A stretch of 11,191 bases of DNA from Deferrisomatales bacterium (lineage in GTDB: Bacteria > Desulfobacterota > Deferrisomatia > Deferrisomatales > JACRMM01): positions 1-11,191 of the forward strand of contig JAWSUI010000085.1 in assembly GCA_033551855.1 (NCBI GenBank). Direction: 5' to 3'. A program made the position numbers and the translations under genes. Positions within the stretch are counted from its first letter, which is position 1. Each line of letters opens with the position of its first letter. This document shows, piece by piece, positions 6,818-11,191 of the stretch. Under the pieces are notes generated by a model. That model did no database searches. It saw only the letters and a list, made by a program, of their open reading frames with translations, and was not told where the DNA came from.

Positions 6818-7186
6818 GCCTGTGTCTCCTTCCCGTGCGTGATCGGGCAGTGCCTTCTCATGTCGGAGGACTGTCGTATGCCACTGACGGGGAGCCGAAC
6901 GCACCCCCCTTCACCCGGATAAAACGGTCGGCGTGGAACACGGAGGAGGGAATTAGGCGGGAAAGGGCTCAGATTGCCTGGGAGGGGTGACGAGATCTTG
7001 GGGGTCCGGGGCAAAGAAGGAGAGCTTCGGCCAGTTCATGCAGCGCTCGGAGAACGTCTCGAGGTCACTCGGACGCGGTCCCAGGGCCAGCGGCAGTCGG
7101 AGGGCGACAAGCCCGCGGTTGCGGACGCCTCCCGACGCCTCCCGACCGTGCTGCGGTCGGGTGCGGAAGAAGGCGACCTTCCCCGC

Positions 7187-7693
7187 CTACCTCTTCCAAA
7201 ACTCCGCTTTGAGCTCTTCGTACACCTGGAACACGATGGGGCACAGGGAGCAGTTCAAGACGGCCTGGGCGAGGCGGAAGACGAAGCCCTTCTTGTGGAG
7301 GTGGGGGAAGGACCGGCAGTCCCTGGGGCGGTGCTCGTAGACGGTGCAGCGGTTGTCCTTGAGGAGCGGGCAGGGCTTCGCGCGAAACCTCTCGCCGCGC
7401 TCCCCGTCGGCGGGCTCCAGGTACCTGGTCCGGAACTTCTGCACCGGAATCCCCTGGGCGGCGGCGAGTCGTTTCACGTCGGCCGGCCCCAGGACCGGCC
7501 CGACGACCTTGCAGCAGTTGGCGCACCGAGTGCAGTCGATTTGGGCCGCCGCCCGAAAGGCCTCGCGAACCGCCCGATCGATCCTCGCTGCCGGGAAGTC
7601 CGAGGCCTTGAGGAACGACCGGAAGGCCCAGTTGGCCCGCTCCCTCTCCTCCGCCAACCGCTGGATTCGCGTCAGATCGGTTTCGAGCTTCAT
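7187..7693 (-). CDS. YkgJ-family (CxxCxxCC) cysteine-cluster protein, 168 aa
   Basis: DCTRCANCCK...PCPLLKDNRCTVYEHRPRDCRSFP...CSLCP. Confidence 0.88.
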   Translation of the reverse strand: MKLETDLTRIQRLAEERERANWAFRSFLKASDFPAARIDRAVREAFRAAAQIDCTRCANCCKVVGPVLGPADVKRLAAAQGIPVQKFRTRYLEPADGERGERFRAKPCPLLKDNRCTVYEHRPRDCRSFPHLHKKGFVFRLAQAVLNCSLCPIVFQVYEELKAEFWKR

Positions 7694-7727
7694 CGGTCAG
7701 TCATCGAGATCTCGGTGGGCGACCTGG

Positions 7728-8552
7728 TCATGGCTCGGCCTCCGCTCCCTTCCACGGCTCGCCGGGTAGCCGGGCCAATAGCTCGTCCCGCGTGTAGCGG
7801 GCCGCCTCCTCGATGTCCCACGACGCACGGGGGGCGAGCAGCGGCTCAATGTCCCCCGTGAACATCCGGTCGGCGAGCTTGGCGGCCAGGTTGGCCTCGA
7901 ACTCGGCCCGGCTCACGCGGTGGCTTCCCTCGTCCAGGTAGCGCAGGAAGCAGGAGACGACGCGATCCGGGTCGATCTCCGCGGACCGATGGGCCGTCCA
8001 GATGTCGAAGAGGTCCCGGCTCTTCTTGCGCTGGTAGAGTGCCCGGAGCTTCGTGCCGAGGAGCTCGTCGAGGTGGTACGTCTTGATGGAGGCGGCGCCC
8101 GAGAACCAACGCGAGCGGACCTCGTGCTTGCGCTCGAGGAGTTCGAAGACGCTGAAGTGCTCTCGCGAGTTGATCTCGATCTTGAGCCGCATTGGAAGCG
8201 GGGTCGGCCCTTCGGATTGCATCCGGTAGAGGAGCACGACGCGCCCTTCCTTCAGGGTGCGCCGCGGGGTGCCGAGCCAGGGATCGAGCCTCGCGCGCAC
8301 GGCGTCGAGCAGCCCGCCGATCGGACCGGCGGCGACCTGTACGAGGTCGATGTCCTCGGAGTATCGGGCCGGCGGCGTCAGATGCAGCTTGTAGAGGGCG
8401 GTGCCGCCCCGGAAGGCGAGCGCCTCTCTGGCCTCCGGAAGGTCGAAGATCTCCACCAGCGCGCGGCTGAGGATGAGGTCTTGCTCGACCTGTGAGTCCT
8501 GGACCCAGGGCGCCGTCTCGCGCCACTCGGTGATGAAGTCGAAGGGGATCAC
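7728..8552 (-). CDS. AbiEii/AbiGii-family nucleotidyltransferase toxin, 274 aa
   Basis: MIPFDFITEWR..APW...QVEQDLILSRAL, LAFRGGTALYKL, RYSEDIDL, LKIEINSRE and TKLRALYQRKKSRDLFD. GTG 8552 overlaps the antitoxin's TGA; the 468-aa track ORF is over-extended. Confidence 0.9.
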   Translation of the reverse strand: MIPFDFITEWRETAPWVQDSQVEQDLILSRALVEIFDLPEAREALAFRGGTALYKLHLTPPARYSEDIDLVQVAAGPIGGLLDAVRARLDPWLGTPRRTLKEGRVVLLYRMQSEGPTPLPMRLKIEINSREHFSVFELLERKHEVRSRWFSGAASIKTYHLDELLGTKLRALYQRKKSRDLFDIWTAHRSAEIDPDRVVSCFLRYLDEGSHRVSRAEFEANLAAKLADRMFTGDIEPLLAPRASWDIEEAARYTRDELLARLPGEPWKGAEAEP

Positions 8553-9331
8553 AGGTCGGGCTCCACCGAGACGTTCACGAGGAGGCGCCACCGCGGGTCG
8601 TGCGGCGCTTCGTCTGCGGGTGCGCTCGGCACCAGCGCCGTCGTCTCGTTCACCACGCCGGCGATATACTGGGCGAGGGGTTCGGTCTTGTCGCCGGCGC
8701 CCACCTGCTCGAGGAGATGGCCGAGCCGCTGCGCCCACGGCACGGGCGACAGGGGTGCAAGCGAGGCCAGCATCTCCCCATCCAGCTTCTCGGCGAGCTC
8801 CGCGAGGACGGTGGCGACGTTGTCGATCCCGCCCGCGTGCTGCGGGTAGCCCACGAGGTCGAAGGCCGTGGCCTCGGGCGTCGAGACCGCGAGCTGTCCG
8901 CGCGGGGTGTTGACGCGCACCGTCGGCACCTCGGCGACGTTGCGCCGAGCGACGAAGGCGACCCGGGCGTCTCCGCAGGCGATCGGGGGCCGGTTCTTCG
9001 CCACCATGACCTGGAACACCTGGGGCTGCTGGTGCGCAGCCCCGTGATAGCGGCCGGCCGTGAGGAGCGCGGCGTAGTAGGAGAGGCCGAGGTGGTCCAT
9101 GAGCTGCGGCACGAACTGATCGGCAGGCAGGCAACCGAGCCGCCGATACTCGGGCGGGACGACCACGTGGAAGCCGCGGTGGGGCGTGGCGACGAGGCCC
9201 TTGCGCTGGAGCCGCCGCAGGGCGGCCCGCGCCGCGGCGACCGACGCCCCGAGGCCTGCGGCCAGCTCGCCGGTCGTGAAGTGGTACCGTCCCCGGGACG
9301 CCAGGTTGTCGATGAGGTCCGCCGCCGACAT
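8549..9331 (-). CDS. AbiEi-family type IV TA antitoxin (260 aa)
   Basis: GRYHFTT..L....ARAALRRL..KG..ATPHRGFHVVVPPEYR, YYAALLTA..YHGAAHQQPQVFQV, VSTPEATAFDL and QRLGHLLE. GGAG lies upstream of ATG 9331 (alternative GTG 9355). Confidence 0.88.
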   Translation of the reverse strand: MSAADLIDNLASRGRYHFTTGELAAGLGASVAAARAALRRLQRKGLVATPHRGFHVVVPPEYRRLGCLPADQFVPQLMDHLGLSYYAALLTAGRYHGAAHQQPQVFQVMVAKNRPPIACGDARVAFVARRNVAEVPTVRVNTPRGQLAVSTPEATAFDLVGYPQHAGGIDNVATVLAELAEKLDGEMLASLAPLSPVPWAQRLGHLLEQVGAGDKTEPLAQYIAGVVNETTALVPSAPADEAPHDPRWRLLVNVSVEPDL

Positions 9332-9361
9332 GGTTCGCGCTCCATCAGGAATCACGGGAGA

Positions 9362-9390
9362 AAGATAACGGTATTCGTGGCGTTTGTCGA
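9362..9390 (-). promoter_or_regulatory. Putative sigma70 promoter of the AbiE-2 operon
   Basis: Minus strand TCGACA-17 bp-TATCTT, bracketed by the inverted repeat AGGAATC (9347-9353) / GATTCCT (9393-9399). Confidence 0.5.
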
Positions 9391-9548
9391 GCGATTCCTA
9401 TAGCGATGTCCTGTGGCGAGGCCCGCAGCTCGCCTCATGGCCACGTCTCGGGGCACCAACCCGTCAGGCGCTGCGAGGGAGCCACCGTGGGCGCGCTTCC
9501 CTTGCATGGGCCGCCCCTGCCAGGTGTTCATGAAACTGCGGAGCCCCG

Positions 9549-10334
9549 ATGCTCATCTGTGCCGCCGGCGACATCCATGGCGCCCTGAACCAGCTCTACG
9601 CCGACGTGCTCGCCTTCGAGGGCGAACTCGGCGTGCGCTTCGATCACGTCCTTCACGTCGGTGACTTCGGAATCTGGCCGGACCCCGAGCGCGTGGACAA
9701 GGCCACCCGCAAGCACGAAGGCGCCGGCGACTTCCCCGCCTGGCTGGCCGAAGGACGTGAGGCACCCCGCTCGACGATCTTCGTCAAGGGCAACCACGAG
9801 GACTTCGTATGGCTCGACGATCGCACCGACGATCGTGCGCTCCCTGGCCTTCAATACCTTCGCAACGGGACGGCCATCGAGGTCGAGGGACCCGACGGCG
9901 CGGTGCGGGTGGGCGGCATCGGCGGCTGCTTCGGTCCCTCCGACTACGAGCGGCGGTCGCGTAGCCTCCAGGGCTACGCGCGGCGCCACTACACCCGCGA
10001 AGACGTGGAGGCGCTGTGCGCCCGCGGCCGACTCGACGTGCTCCTGCTCCACGACGCGCCAGCCGGTGTGGAGATCGTCAAGTACGACCGGCGAGGCGGC
10101 CGCCACGGCTACGTGAGCGAGGCGCCGGGGCTCGAACGTGCGATCGAGTCCACCCGCCCGCGCGTGTGCTTCTTCGGCCATCACCATCGGCGCCTCGATG
10201 CGGAGGTCGCCGGCGTCCGTTGCCTGGGGCTGAACATCGTCGGCCGCCCCGGCAACCTCGTCGCCATCGACCTGCCCGCGCGAGGGAGAGAGTGGTCGAC
10301 CCTCGGCGAGTGGCCGCCAGCCGAGCAGCGGTGA
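9549..10334 (+). CDS. Calcineurin-like metallophosphoesterase, 261 aa
   Basis: All five motifs are present: GDIHG, GDFG, GNHED, LLLHDAP and FFGHHH. Confidence 0.92.
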   Translation: MLICAAGDIHGALNQLYADVLAFEGELGVRFDHVLHVGDFGIWPDPERVDKATRKHEGAGDFPAWLAEGREAPRSTIFVKGNHEDFVWLDDRTDDRALPGLQYLRNGTAIEVEGPDGAVRVGGIGGCFGPSDYERRSRSLQGYARRHYTREDVEALCARGRLDVLLLHDAPAGVEIVKYDRRGGRHGYVSEAPGLERAIESTRPRVCFFGHHHRRLDAEVAGVRCLGLNIVGRPGNLVAIDLPARGREWSTLGEWPPAEQR

Positions 10335-10971
10335 TCTCTTCTCGGCCCCTGCCGTGCGGGGTACGGAGGGGCCGCAAGTTTGGCGATGCCGTACGGCGGT
10401 CAGAGGTGGGGCTGGAAGACCGCGGGGGGGTCCTTCAAGTCCGCCGGAGCGAATCGCCCCTCCAGGGCGAACGAAGGGCGCGGTTCTTGGCCGCTCGCCG
10501 GACCGCCGTCCCAGGGAGAGGGGGGCTGGGCACTGCATCGTCGGAGGGCGCCGGCATTCGATGGACGTCGGCCCAGCGAGCGGCTGGGGCGTTTCCACCG
10601 CGCCCTTCGGCGGGTCCTGCGCCCCGGCTGGCGCCGGCAAGGTAGGCTCCGGCCCCGACGGGGAGAACCCGGCCCTCCCCCTGGCGAGCGGCCCATGAAC
10701 GATGGCCCTCGTCGGGTCGCCCGTCCTGGCCGCCCCTCCCGCCATAGCCCCTCCCGGGTGTGTGCTGGGGCTTCGCGTTTTGCCCTCCGGCCGGGCCCGG
10801 GGCTTCCGCGCCCCGAACCCCTCCGGCCTCTCTGCCCGCCCCTGAGCTTGGCCGGGAGGGAACACGCCCGAGCGGGACTCTCCCCATCCCCCCGCGCCTG
10901 AGGTCTTTCCACTTCGAGCTTCTCCTCCGCGTCCCGAGTCCTCCGCCACTTCGAGCCGCGCCCCCCTGCAC

Positions 10972-11009
10972 AAAAAGATCGGGCCGAACGATCGGAGCCC
11001 GATCTTTTT
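10972..11009. repeat. Perfect 13-bp inverted repeat (hairpin; could act as a bidirectional terminator)
   Basis: AAAAAGATCGGGC-N12-GCCCGATCTTTTT. Confidence 0.7.
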
Positions 11010-11191
11010 CTGTTCCCGGCCGCGCGACCCGCCCCGCGTTCGACTGCGGCCGGCAGAGGGGCTTTCCCCTGGGGGACGGGACCGTCCGTCCCCCTCGGGG
11101 TTCCTCCTGCCGGCAAAGAGCCTCCTCCCCATCGGGGTGGACACACATGGGGTGTGTTCATTTCGAGCCTCGAGCGAGAGGCGAAGGAGGC

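Larger units (their letters stand above)
3513..11191. mobile_element. tRNA-Gly-targeting integrative element (left end shown; extends beyond the window)
   Basis: att core, arm repeats, integrase, two Xis-like genes, primase and TA cargo. No right boundary is visible. Confidence 0.65.

Noticed and set aside
3554..6842. Overlapping ORFs 3554-4714, 3931-5043, 5377-6090 and 5457-6842
   Set aside because: Alternative-frame or antisense shadows of the integrase and primase, common in high-GC DNA.
9528..11161. Long minus-strand ORFs (538, 253, 237 aa)
   Set aside because: Low-complexity Pro/Gly/Arg translations without motifs; the longest is partly the antisense shadow of the phosphoesterase.

Overview
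GC-rich accessory DNA from an integrative mobile element region; there are no housekeeping genes. On the minus strand, right to left: an AbiEi/AbiEii-type (type IV TA) pair, a YkgJ-like Cys-cluster gene, an excisionase-like HTH, a DnaG-like primase that stops right after its TOPRIM motif, a second excisionase-like HTH and a tyrosine integrase. The integrase points into an attachment region: a 23-bp tRNA-Gly 3' end (3513-3535) flanked on both sides by paired T(G/C)ACCCC arm-type repeats. Left of it lie a second, different AbiEi/AbiEii pair (+) and a ~98-bp duplicate of the integrase-side arm sequence. Further left is a reading frame missing from the ORF track (<1-~1120, minus) that encodes what looks like the absent post-TOPRIM helical domain plus a P-loop helicase. 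The best reading, which is inference, is a primase-helicase gene split by a ~4.4-kb xis-int-att-AbiE block, containing an integrase-less ~2.3-kb AbiE cassette with its own arm sites. The right end has a metallophosphoesterase (+) and a hairpin-rich non-coding stretch. All family calls come from reading motifs by eye; no searches were run.
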